Part shown: positions 17,117 through 25,277 of the stretch, piece by piece
Position numbering within the stretch: position 1 is the stretch's first letter
Layout: the number at the start of each line of letters is the position of its first letter
NCBI GenBank assembly: GCA_902475455.1
Contig: CABRZO010000001.1
Span: 1 to 54,817, forward strand
Direction: 5' to 3'
Length of the DNA: 54,817 nucleotides
DNA from: an uncultured Eubacteriales bacterium
Lineage (GTDB): Bacteria; Bacillota; Clostridia; Oscillospirales; Oscillospiraceae
The notes under the pieces: generated by a model
What the model saw: the letters and a program-made list of their open reading frames with translations, nothing else
The model's database searches: none
What the model was told of the DNA's origin: nothing
Program-made: the position numbers and the translations under genes

Positions 17117-17782
17117 GTGATCTACTGCATGTCGGATCTCCACGGAGAACGGGATTTGTTTGCACAGATGCTGGCGCAAATAAGCTTTTGTGATCAGGAC
17201 CAGTTGTACATCATCGGTGACGTCATCGACCGGGGCCCCCAGGGGGTGGAGCTGTTGGAGCAGATCATGGCAGCCCCCAACATGACGTTGCTGCTGGGCA
17301 ACCACGAGCAGATGTGCCTGAGCACCCTGGGCCCTCACAACGAATTTGGCGCCCGGGAACTGTGGCGACAAAACGGAGGCATGTCCACCTACCGCACCCT
17401 GCGCTATCGGCGATCCCCCAGGCAGCGGAGCCAAATTCTGCAATTTCTCTCAGGTCTGCCGGACCATCTTGACCTCACGGTGGAGGGCCAAAACTTTCAC
17501 CTGGTCCACGGCTGTCCCGGCCCGGACCGGGATACCCGCCTCTGGGGCCGGGTGGAACCGGACAGCCAAAGCCCCTACCGGGACACCATCTGCATTGTGG
17601 GCCACACCCCAACGGCGTTCCTCACCGGCGGGACAGAGGAGGATCTGTCCATCTGGCACGGCAACGACATTATTGACCTTGATTGTGGCTGCGGCAATCT
17701 CAATGCGCCCCACCGCCGGCTGGCCTGCCTGCGGCTGGAGGACCTGGCCGAGTTCTATGTGGGCGGGACGGGTATAAGATAA
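17117..17782 (+). CDS. metallophosphoesterase (PPP-family Ser/Thr phosphatase-like), paralogue 2
   Basis: Motifs SDLHG, GDVIDRGPQG, GNHE and VGHTP. The GTG start at 17117 has AGGGGG 8 nt upstream. The ORF track start at 17054 is likely too long. Confidence 0.85.
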   Translation: MIYCMSDLHGERDLFAQMLAQISFCDQDQLYIIGDVIDRGPQGVELLEQIMAAPNMTLLLGNHEQMCLSTLGPHNEFGARELWRQNGGMSTYRTLRYRRSPRQRSQILQFLSGLPDHLDLTVEGQNFHLVHGCPGPDRDTRLWGRVEPDSQSPYRDTICIVGHTPTAFLTGGTEEDLSIWHGNDIIDLDCGCGNLNAPHRRLACLRLEDLAEFYVGGTGIR

Positions 17783-18090
17783 AACAAATGGTACCCACGG
17801 TGCCGCACCTGCCACAATATGAGCTCCCCTTGCGGAATGGTTAGATCTGTGTTACCCCGAGGATGGATTCCGTCTCCCGTCGTTCCGCAAAAAGAAAGGT
17901 AAACCACTGACCTGGAAAGTCTGCCCCGGCTGCGCCAGCGGGAAACGCCGTCTTCCAATACTGCCGTCACCAGTGGCCGCCAGGTCTATCAGCTGATACT
18001 GGAATTTCAGACCAGCCAGAAGTCCTGAGCGCGGAATATTCCCTCTTTGTGGAATTCCACGCAGAAAATAGAGTGTCTTTTGAAATCGCC

Positions 18091-18130
18091 CTCCGGCAAC
18101 AGCCCATTCGCTGCCGGAGAGCGTTTTTTT
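18091..18130 (+). terminator. orphan rho-independent terminator in a non-coding region
   Basis: ctccggca-(13-nt loop)-tgccggag followed by agcgTTTTTTT. The nearest upstream plus-strand gene ends 310 nt earlier. Confidence 0.5.
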
Positions 18131-18348
18131 CGTCATATGGAACGTGATCCCACGCAACAAGGAATTTACCTTCAAACGCCCATAATCTGCCTGCCTCCCG
18201 GATATGATAAAAGAGAGCGTGTTGCAGCCACTTCCCGGCGGGATGGATGACCCTCTCGGCCACCTAGAGGCTCAGATTTTTCATCCATTCTCACGATTTA
18301 TGCCCCAAACCCTCCGCAAAAGCTTGTATAAAACACCAAAGTTGAAGA

Positions 18349-18366
18349 TTGATAAAATTTTAACGC
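18349..18366. promoter_or_regulatory. Rex-like operator A (TTGATAA-AATT-TTAACGC)
   Basis: 15 of 18 positions match the clostridial Rex consensus TTGTTAA-N4-TTAACAA. Confidence 0.5.
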
Positions 18367-18375
18367 TCTTTGATA

Positions 18376-18404
18376 TTGACAAAATTTTAACGAAGTGGTA
18401 TGAT
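18376..18404 (+). promoter_or_regulatory. adhE promoter (TTGACA-17-TGgTATGAT), with the -35 embedded in Rex-like operator B (TTGACAA-AATT-TTAACGA, 18376-18393)
   Basis: TTGACA at 18376-18381, a 17-nt spacer ending in TGg, and TATGAT at 18399-18404. Confidence 0.7.
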
Positions 18405-18420
18405 GCAACCGTCAAAAGGT

Positions 18421-18438
18421 TTGTTAAAAATTTAACAA
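18421..18438. promoter_or_regulatory. Rex operator C, a perfect match (TTGTTAA-AAAT-TTAACAA)
   Basis: Exact 18-bp inverted repeat matching the clostridial Rex box. It sits about +10 to +28 relative to the predicted adhE transcription start. Confidence 0.75.
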
Positions 18439-18493
18439 TCATGTTTTATCAAAGTATTTATTATAACCCACCTGTGTATGAGGAGGACTTAAA

Positions 18494-21115
18494 ATGGCAA
18501 CCAACAAAGCACAGACCCCCCGCATCGTCGATTCCCCGGAGGCGCTGGAACAGCGCATGGCGGAGATGAAGCAGGCCCAGCAGATCTTTGCCACCTACAC
18601 CCAGGAGCAGGTGGACCACATCTTCCGCTCGGTGGCCCTGGCCATCAACAAGCAGCGGATCCCCCTGGCCAAGCTGGCGGTGGAGGAGACCGGCATGGGC
18701 GTGCTGGAGGACAAGGTGATCAAAAACCACTTCGCCACCGAGTATATCTATAACTACTACAAGGACATGAAGACCTGCGGTGTCATCGAGGAGGACAAGG
18801 TCTACGGCATCAAGAAGATTGCGGAGCCCATCGGCCTCATCGCCGCGGTGATTCCCACCACCAACCCCACTTCCACCGCCATCTTCAAGACGCTACTGGC
18901 GCTGAAGACCCGCAATGCCATCATCATCAGCCCCCACCCCCGGGCCCGGAAGTGCACCATCGCCGCCGCCCGGATGGTGCTGGAGGCCGCTGTGGAGGCC
19001 GGCGCCCCCGACGGCATCATCGGCTGGATCGATGAGCCCAGCCTGGAACTCACCAACCTGGTGATGCAGGAGGCCGACATCATTCTGGCCACCGGCGGCC
19101 CCGGCATGGTGAAGGCGGCCTACTCCTCCGGCAAGCCCGCCCTGGGCGTGGGCGCCGGCAACACCCCGGCCATCATCGACGACACTGCCGACCTGCTGCT
19201 GGCGGTCAACTCCATCATCCACTCCAAGACCTTCGACAACGGCATGATCTGTGCCTCGGAGCAGTCCGTCACGGTGCTGGAGCCGGTCTATGACCAGGTC
19301 AAGGCGGAGTTTATCCGCCGGGGCTGCTACTTCCTGAAGGGGGATGAGCTGGACAAGGTCCGCAAGACCATCCTCATCAATGGCGCCCTGAACGCCAAGA
19401 TCGTGGGCCAGAAGGCCCACACCATCGCCGCCATGGCCGGCGTGGAGGTCCCCGAGTCCACCAAGATCCTGATCGGCGAGGTGGAGTCCGTGGAGCTCAG
19501 CGAGGAGTTCGCCCACGAGAAGCTGTCCCCGGTGCTGGCCATGTACAAGGCCGCCACCTTTGACGAGGCCCTGGCCAAGGCGGAGCGGCTGGTGGCCGAC
19601 GGCGGCTACGGCCACACCTCCACCCTGTTCGTCAACGAGAACGAGACCGAGAAGCTGGCCAAGCACGCCGCCGCCATGAAGACCTGCCGCATTCTGGTCA
19701 ACATGCCCGCCTCCCAGGGCGCCATCGGCGACATGTACAACTTCAAGCTGGCCCCCTCCCTGACCCTGGGCTGCGGCTCCTGGGGCGGCAACTCGGTCTC
19801 CGAGAACGTGGGTGCCAAGCATCTGATCAACATCAAAACTGTGGCTGAGAGGCGGGAGAATATGCTCTGGATGAGAACACCGGATAAGGTCTATTTCAAG
19901 AAGGGCTGCACCCCCGTGGCCCTGGAGGAGCTGGGTAAGGTGCTCCACAAGAAGCGCTGCTTCATTGTCACCGACAACTTCCTCTATCACAACGGTTTCA
20001 CCCGGCCCATCGAGACCAAGCTGGATGAAATGGGCATCGTCCACACCTGCTTCTTCGACGTGGAGCCCGACCCCTCCCTGACCTCCGCCCAGGCCGGCGC
20101 CGCCGCCATGACCGCCTTCCAGCCCGACTGCATCATCGCCCTGGGCGGTGGCTCCGCCATGGACGCCGCCAAGATCATGTGGGTCCTCTACGAGCATCCC
20201 GACGTGAATTTCGCCGACATGGCCATGGACTTCATCGACATCCGCAAGCGGGTGTACACCTATCCGGAGATGGGCACCAAGGCCTACTTCATCGCCATCC
20301 CCACCTCCTCGGGTACCGGCTCCGAGGTGACCCCCTTCGCCGTCATCACCGACAAGGAAACCGGCATCAAGTGGCCTCTGGCGGACTACGCATTGATGCC
20401 CAATATGGCCATCGTGGACACCGACAATATGATGAGCGCTCCCAAGGGGCTCACCTGCGCCTCGGGCATCGACGTGATGACCCACGCCATCGAAGCCTAT
20501 GTCTCCGTCATGGCCTCCGACTACACCGACAGCCTGGCCCTGAAGGCCATCAAACTGGTCTTTGATTACCTGCCCCGGGCCTACCACAACGGAAACGACG
20601 TGGAGGCCAGAGACCACATGGCCAACGCCTCCACCCTGGCGGGCATGGCCTTCGCCAACGCCTTCCTGGGGGTCAACCACTCCCTGGCCCACAAGCTGGG
20701 GGCCTATCACCACCTGCCCCACGGCATCGCCAACGCCATCATGCTGCTGCATGTGATCCGCTACAACAGCGCCGAGGCCCCCACCAAGATGGGCACCTTC
20801 CCCCAGTATCACTATCCCCATGCCCTGGCCCGCTACGCCGAGATCGGCCGGTTCCTTGGCCTGGGCGGCAAGGACGACCAGGAAGTGGTGGACGCCCTCA
20901 TCGCCAAGCTGGACGACCTGATGCGGGAGATCGACATCAAGCCCTATATCAAGGACTACGGCGTGGACGAGGGCTATTTCCTGGAAACCCTGGACGAGAT
21001 GACCGAGCAGGCCTTCAACGACCAGTGCACCCCCGCCAATCCCCGCTATCCCCTGCTCAGCGAGCTCAAGGACCTGTACCTGAAGGCCTACTACGGCCCC
21101 GAAGGCCAGCACTAA
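18494..21115 (+). CDS. adhE: bifunctional acetaldehyde-CoA/alcohol dehydrogenase
   Basis: 873 aa. The ALDH half has the catalytic Cys in MICASEQS. The Fe-ADH half has GGGSAMDAAK and His-rich metal ligands. RBS GAGGAGGA. Confidence 0.97.
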   Translation: MATNKAQTPRIVDSPEALEQRMAEMKQAQQIFATYTQEQVDHIFRSVALAINKQRIPLAKLAVEETGMGVLEDKVIKNHFATEYIYNYYKDMKTCGVIEEDKVYGIKKIAEPIGLIAAVIPTTNPTSTAIFKTLLALKTRNAIIISPHPRARKCTIAAARMVLEAAVEAGAPDGIIGWIDEPSLELTNLVMQEADIILATGGPGMVKAAYSSGKPALGVGAGNTPAIIDDTADLLLAVNSIIHSKTFDNGMICASEQSVTVLEPVYDQVKAEFIRRGCYFLKGDELDKVRKTILINGALNAKIVGQKAHTIAAMAGVEVPESTKILIGEVESVELSEEFAHEKLSPVLAMYKAATFDEALAKAERLVADGGYGHTSTLFVNENETEKLAKHAAAMKTCRILVNMPASQGAIGDMYNFKLAPSLTLGCGSWGGNSVSENVGAKHLINIKTVAERRENMLWMRTPDKVYFKKGCTPVALEELGKVLHKKRCFIVTDNFLYHNGFTRPIETKLDEMGIVHTCFFDVEPDPSLTSAQAGAAAMTAFQPDCIIALGGGSAMDAAKIMWVLYEHPDVNFADMAMDFIDIRKRVYTYPEMGTKAYFIAIPTSSGTGSEVTPFAVITDKETGIKWPLADYALMPNMAIVDTDNMMSAPKGLTCASGIDVMTHAIEAYVSVMASDYTDSLALKAIKLVFDYLPRAYHNGNDVEARDHMANASTLAGMAFANAFLGVNHSLAHKLGAYHHLPHGIANAIMLLHVIRYNSAEAPTKMGTFPQYHYPHALARYAEIGRFLGLGGKDDQEVVDALIAKLDDLMREIDIKPYIKDYGVDEGYFLETLDEMTEQAFNDQCTPANPRYPLLSELKDLYLKAYYGPEGQH

Positions 21116-21137
21116 TTGACGAAAGGAAGGCATCATT

Positions 21138-21887
21138 ATGGAAAAAGAGATCATCGTCTCCCGTCCCTATAAGGTCGTTTACAAGGAAGGCGACTCCATC
21201 GTCAAAGTGTTTACCGCCGACCACGGCAAGGCAAACGTCTTCAACGAGGCCCTGTGCCAGGCCCGGGTGGAGGAGAGCGGGCTGGATATCCCCGCCGTCC
21301 AGTCGGTGCGGGAAATCGACGGCCAGTGGGCCATTGCCATCCAGTATGTGGAGGGCAAAACCCTGGAGCAGCTGATGCAGGAGCATCCGGACCAGACCGC
21401 CGCCTATATGGAGCAGTTTGTGGACCTGCAGCTGGCCATGCATCAGAAGCGGGCCCCCCGGCTCACCCTCCAGAAGGACAAATTCGCCCGCAAAATTGAC
21501 AGCATGAAGGACCTCATCGACGCCACCACCCGCTATGAGCTGCGGGTGCGGCTGGACTCCATGCCCAACCATGTGAAGCTGTGCCACGGGGATTTCAACC
21601 CCAGCAACGTCATTGTCCGGCCCGACGGGACCATGACCATTCTGGACTGGGCCCACGCCACCCAGGGCAACGCCAGCGGCGACGCCGCCATCACCTATCT
21701 GGAGTTCGCTCTGGAGAACCAGAAGCTGGCGGACCTGTATCTGGACCTGTTCTGCAAGAAGAGCGACACCGCCCGGCAGTATGTCCAGAAGTGGATGCCC
21801 ATTGCCGCCGCCGCCCAGCTCACCAAGGGTGTGGCGGAGGAGAAGGACTTCCTGCTGCGCTGGATCGACGTGATGGATTTCCAGTAA
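21138..21887 (+). CDS. APH/choline-kinase-fold phosphotransferase family protein
   Basis: Brenner-type catalytic motif LCHGDFNPSNVIV followed by ILDWAHA. Lies 22 nt after adhE with no intervening terminator. Confidence 0.8.
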   Translation: MEKEIIVSRPYKVVYKEGDSIVKVFTADHGKANVFNEALCQARVEESGLDIPAVQSVREIDGQWAIAIQYVEGKTLEQLMQEHPDQTAAYMEQFVDLQLAMHQKRAPRLTLQKDKFARKIDSMKDLIDATTRYELRVRLDSMPNHVKLCHGDFNPSNVIVRPDGTMTILDWAHATQGNASGDAAITYLEFALENQKLADLYLDLFCKKSDTARQYVQKWMPIAAAAQLTKGVAEEKDFLLRWIDVMDFQ

Positions 21888-21920
21888 GCCAAATACCTTT
21901 GTCTCACTTCCTCCCAAATA

Positions 21921-21967
21921 AAAACTGTGACCGCCACCCATTCGGGTGGCGGTCACAGTTTTGTTTT
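21921..21967. terminator. bidirectional rho-independent terminator
   Basis: 15-bp stem ctgtgaccgccaccc-attc-gggtggcggtcacag, flanked by AAAA and TTTTGTTTT. Confidence 0.85.
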
Positions 21968-23339
21968 ACATGGTCACATTGGGCTCGCAGCAGCAAAAAT
22001 CCGTGTCGATCTGGTTGGCGAAGAAGCGCACCTTGAACTTCCGGGGGGCACACATGGCACCGCCGGAGAGGCTCAGATCCTCAGGCACCACAAACCGGAT
22101 GCACTTGACTTGCACATCCCGACAGCCCGGGCCGTTATGGGCGGGAATGGTCATGGTTTTCATGCCCCGCTGTTCCTCCCGGCCGTCCCGGTCCACCTCT
22201 GTGAGGATGGCCGCCAGGGCCAACCGCCTGCCAGGACAGACCTCTTTGATGGTCACACTCACCTGAAGGATTCTGCCCTGGCTGCCCAGCCAGAGTTCCC
22301 CCAGGTCCACCTCCACCGCGTCGGCACACCCCTCCACGGTGAGTTCCGCCGGGGGCGGACACGGTTCCGGGCACACCACGATGTCGCAGCGCACCAATAC
22401 GGAGGGTTCAGGGAATGTAACCAGATTCCCCTCGTTGTCCTGATAGCAGATGCACCGGTTGACCAGTTTGGTTCCCGACGTCCGGCCGATGTGCCGGATC
22501 TCAAACTCCAGCACCGCGCTCTCGCTGCCGGTCACCCCCAGCTCCGGGATATTCCAGCGCAGGGAGTGGGCATCCAGCATGACGGCACTGCCCTTGGTGG
22601 GCAGATCGATGCCGGTGATCATGAAATCGTCGTTTACAATCTCGTTGATGACCAGATCGGTAGCTCCCGGCTTGGAGATGTTGGCGGCCAATTGGGCAAA
22701 CAGCGCCTCCAGATCCGCCGCGTCCGGCGTCACCGCCACATGGGAAAAGTCCGGGTCGGTGGCCCAGTCATTGAGGGCGTCCACATCCAGCCCGTCGGAT
22801 CCGATCAGGCCGATGCAGTAGATTACAATTCCCTGGGCCCGGGCGGCGGCGGCCACCGGTGCCGGGGGTGGGCCGGAGGTGGTGTTGCCATCGGTGAACA
22901 TGACGATTACCTTGGCATTGGGGGAAGCCGGATCGAACAGCTGGGCCGCTTTGGCGAAGGCGTCGGCATGGTTGGTGGTACCTCCGGCGGACAGCCCCTC
23001 CACCGCCCCCTTCAGATCCGCCACCGAAGTGATGAGGTTGGTATCCGCCACCGCCACATTGGAAAAGCTGACCACCCCAATACGGCTTCCGGAGCCGATT
23101 TGACCATCCTGGGTATTGTCGGTGGCCTCATCGATGATGTCGATAAAGGTTTTTGCCCCCAGCTTCATGCTCTCCAGCGGGGCGCCGGCCATACTGCCGG
23201 ATCGATCCAGCACCAGCACAATATCAGTGGGATTGGAACTGATATCCGGCGCCGCCGTCAACGTCAGTGTCACCCGCAGAGATCCATCGCAGGTAATCTC
23301 ACTGACATTGATGACTTTATTGGAATTTGTAACACCCAT
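21966..23339 (-). CDS. vWA (MIDAS) domain protein with a Cys-rich C-terminal half
   Basis: MIDAS DRSGSM (DxSxS), GGTTNH and MFTDG. The C-terminal ~190 aa hold many Cys residues (CPEPCPPP, DFCCCEP). RBS GAAGGAGG. Confidence 0.85.
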   Translation of the reverse strand: MGVTNSNKVINVSEITCDGSLRVTLTLTAAPDISSNPTDIVLVLDRSGSMAGAPLESMKLGAKTFIDIIDEATDNTQDGQIGSGSRIGVVSFSNVAVADTNLITSVADLKGAVEGLSAGGTTNHADAFAKAAQLFDPASPNAKVIVMFTDGNTTSGPPPAPVAAAARAQGIVIYCIGLIGSDGLDVDALNDWATDPDFSHVAVTPDAADLEALFAQLAANISKPGATDLVINEIVNDDFMITGIDLPTKGSAVMLDAHSLRWNIPELGVTGSESAVLEFEIRHIGRTSGTKLVNRCICYQDNEGNLVTFPEPSVLVRCDIVVCPEPCPPPAELTVEGCADAVEVDLGELWLGSQGRILQVSVTIKEVCPGRRLALAAILTEVDRDGREEQRGMKTMTIPAHNGPGCRDVQVKCIRFVVPEDLSLSGGAMCAPRKFKVRFFANQIDTDFCCCEPNVTM

Positions 23340-23469
23340 CTGTGTTACCTCCTTCTGGGGAAAAGCCCCATTCCATCATACTCAGCAGCCGCGCCCACTG
23401 ACACACGACACAAAACCACCGACTCCCCCACCGTTCCCCAGTCCAGAAGGAACCTCCCCTCACCAGTCG

Positions 23470-23477
23470 CATAGTAT
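23470..23477 (+). promoter_or_regulatory. possible mother-cell sigma (sigE/sigK-like) -10 element CATAGTAT
   Basis: Resembles CATACA-T/CATA-type -10 boxes. Lies 34 nt upstream of the Cys-rich ORF start. Weak evidence on its own. Confidence 0.25.
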
Positions 23478-23510
23478 GAAACGGCAACCGCCAGAAAGGA
23501 GACCTTTCCC

Positions 23511-23873
23511 ATGGTCAATTTGAATACCGATGCCCTCGCCGAAAGCCAGACTTGCCCCGCTGTGGGCTATCAGTCCGCTTCTATCTGCGTTCCCGTCACC
23601 GTCACCCCCTTCGCCCAGACCGGCATGACCACCACCAAGTGCTGCGGCTCTCCCGTGGTCACCCCGGGCCGTGAGGTCTGCGGCGGTATCAAAAACGGCT
23701 CCTGCTTCTTCACCATCACCCAGGATATCTGCGTGGCGGTCCCTGTGGAGTTCGGCGCCGTGGCCACTGTGGGCGACAGCTTTGTCAGCTGCAACGGTGC
23801 TTCCGAGGAGGATATCTGCACCACCTGTGAGAAAATTCCCGCCCTGCCTGATACGGTGATTCCTGAGGTGTAA
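23511..23873 (+). CDS. small Cys-rich hypothetical protein (10 Cys in 120 aa, no signal peptide)
   Basis: RBS AAAGGAGA 7 nt upstream, GC3 bias consistent with coding, and a terminator downstream. I did not recognise a family. Confidence 0.65.
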   Translation: MVNLNTDALAESQTCPAVGYQSASICVPVTVTPFAQTGMTTTKCCGSPVVTPGREVCGGIKNGSCFFTITQDICVAVPVEFGAVATVGDSFVSCNGASEEDICTTCEKIPALPDTVIPEV

Positions 23874-23931
23874 CCTCCCTTTCCCGCGGCATTGCTGCGG
23901 TGTTTTGCCAGAAGTTCCTCCAGAGACAAAA

Positions 23932-23972
23932 GGACTCCCCGGGGCCGTTGGCCCCGAGGAGTCCCGATTTTT
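23932..23972 (+). terminator. rho-independent terminator
   Basis: ggactccccggggcc-gtt-ggccccgaggagtcc followed by cgaTTTTT. Confidence 0.7.
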
Positions 23973-24154
23973 CACTTCATATCCCCGGGGAGGGCACAGC
24001 CCTCTGTCGGAGATTGTCGTTTGCGGACAGGCTGGATGCCCCGAGCCGGCGCCCTCCCAGAAATGCAGAATACAGATTGATGGACGGGGCTGGGCGTGGT
24101 ACACTTCAAAGCAAGGGATCACTACAACATGATCTGATCAAAGGAGCTGAAACC

Positions 24155-25189
24155 ATGCTTGCCTATACTTATATCAAACAGGGGACCTTTCAACTGCAGG
24201 ACAAGCCCAAGCCCCAACCGCTGGATGACCGGGACGCCATTGTCAAGGTGACCCTGGCCAGCATCTGCACCAGCGATCTTCACATCAAGCACGGCTCCGT
24301 GCCCCGGGCGGAGCCCGGGATCACCGTGGGCCATGAGATGGTGGGCGTTGTGGACCAGGTGGGGCCGGCGGTTACCGGTCTCCAGCCCGGGGACCGGGTG
24401 ACGGTGAATGTGGAGACCTTCTGCGGCAGCTGTTTCTTCTGTCAGAACGGCTGGGTCAACAACTGCACCGACCCCAATGGGGGCTGGGCCCTGGGCTGCC
24501 GCATCGACGGCGGCCAAGCGGAATATGTCCGGGTCCCCTACGCCGACCAGGGGCTGAACAAAATTCCCAACCAGGTCTCCGACCTGCAGGCCCTGCTGGT
24601 GGGGGATGTGCTGGCCACCGGCTATTGGGCCGCTCAGATCTCCGAGATTCAGCCCCGGGACACGGTGCTCATCATCGGGGCGGGCCCCACCGGTCTGTGT
24701 ACCCTCCAGTGCGTCCGGCTTCAAACACCCCGGCGGATCATCGTCTGTGACCGAGACCCTCAGCGGCTGGACTTCGTCCACACTCACTACCCGGAGGTGC
24801 TCACCACCCCGCCGGAGGGGTTGGAGGAATATGTCCGGCAGCACAGCGACCACTGGGGCGCCGACGTGGTGCTGGAGGTGGCGGGCAGTTCCGACAGCTT
24901 CCGGATGGCCTGGCAATGCGCCCGGCCCAACGCTATTGTTACGGTGGTGGCCCTCTATGACGGGCCCCAGACGCTGCCCCTGCCGGATATGTACGGCAAA
25001 AACCTGACCTTCAAGACCGGCGGTGTGGACGGCTGCCACTGCGGAGAGATTTTAGAGCTCATCGCCCAGGGCAAACTGGACACCACCCCGCTGATCACCC
25101 ATACTTTCCCGCTGCGGGACATTCAGGTGGCCTACGACCTCTTTGAAGGCCGTCAGGACGGGGTCATCAAGGTGGCCATACAGTGCTGA
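24155..25189 (+). CDS. zinc-dependent alcohol dehydrogenase (MDR family)
   Basis: GHEMVGVV catalytic-zinc motif, structural zinc CGSCFFCQNGWVNNC, and Rossmann GAGPTGL. The ATG at 24155 has AAGGAG 8 nt upstream. The ORF track N-terminal extension was rejected. Confidence 0.9.
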   Translation: MLAYTYIKQGTFQLQDKPKPQPLDDRDAIVKVTLASICTSDLHIKHGSVPRAEPGITVGHEMVGVVDQVGPAVTGLQPGDRVTVNVETFCGSCFFCQNGWVNNCTDPNGGWALGCRIDGGQAEYVRVPYADQGLNKIPNQVSDLQALLVGDVLATGYWAAQISEIQPRDTVLIIGAGPTGLCTLQCVRLQTPRRIIVCDRDPQRLDFVHTHYPEVLTTPPEGLEEYVRQHSDHWGADVVLEVAGSSDSFRMAWQCARPNAIVTVVALYDGPQTLPLPDMYGKNLTFKTGGVDGCHCGEILELIAQGKLDTTPLITHTFPLRDIQVAYDLFEGRQDGVIKVAIQC

Positions 25190-25194
25190 CAAAA

Positions 25195-25236
25195 CAGGCT
25201 GGAGCATTCGTGTCTGACCACGATTGCTCCAGCCTG
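25195..25236 (-). terminator. terminator closing the 14-gene minus-strand operon (also faces the ADH gene)
   Basis: Long stem caggctggagca...tgctccagcctg. On the minus strand it is followed by TTTT. Confidence 0.7.
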
Positions 25237-25277
25237 TCTCATTATGATAGGGGCTAAGTCTGACCGTTCCTCAGGGC

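Noticed and set aside
13993-17782. tRNA-Ala as the integration site of a genomic island carrying the phosphatase-marR-MATE-phosphatase genes
   Set aside because: There is no integrase or recombinase, and I found no direct repeat of the tRNA 3' end downstream. A compositional shift is only an impression, so I kept it as a low-interest finding rather than a mobile-element call.
18893-21154. 753-aa minus-strand ORF covering adhE
   Set aside because: It is an antisense shadow ORF typical of GC3-rich genes. The protein is low-complexity and rich in Gly/Val/His/Asp, with no RBS. The plus strand encodes an unmistakable AdhE.
23900-24154. 85-codon N-terminal extension of the Zn-ADH ORF
   Set aside because: The extension runs through the upstream terminator (23932-23972) and is Arg/Pro-rich. 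The ATG at 24155 has a well-placed AAGGAG and gives a normal MDR N-terminus.
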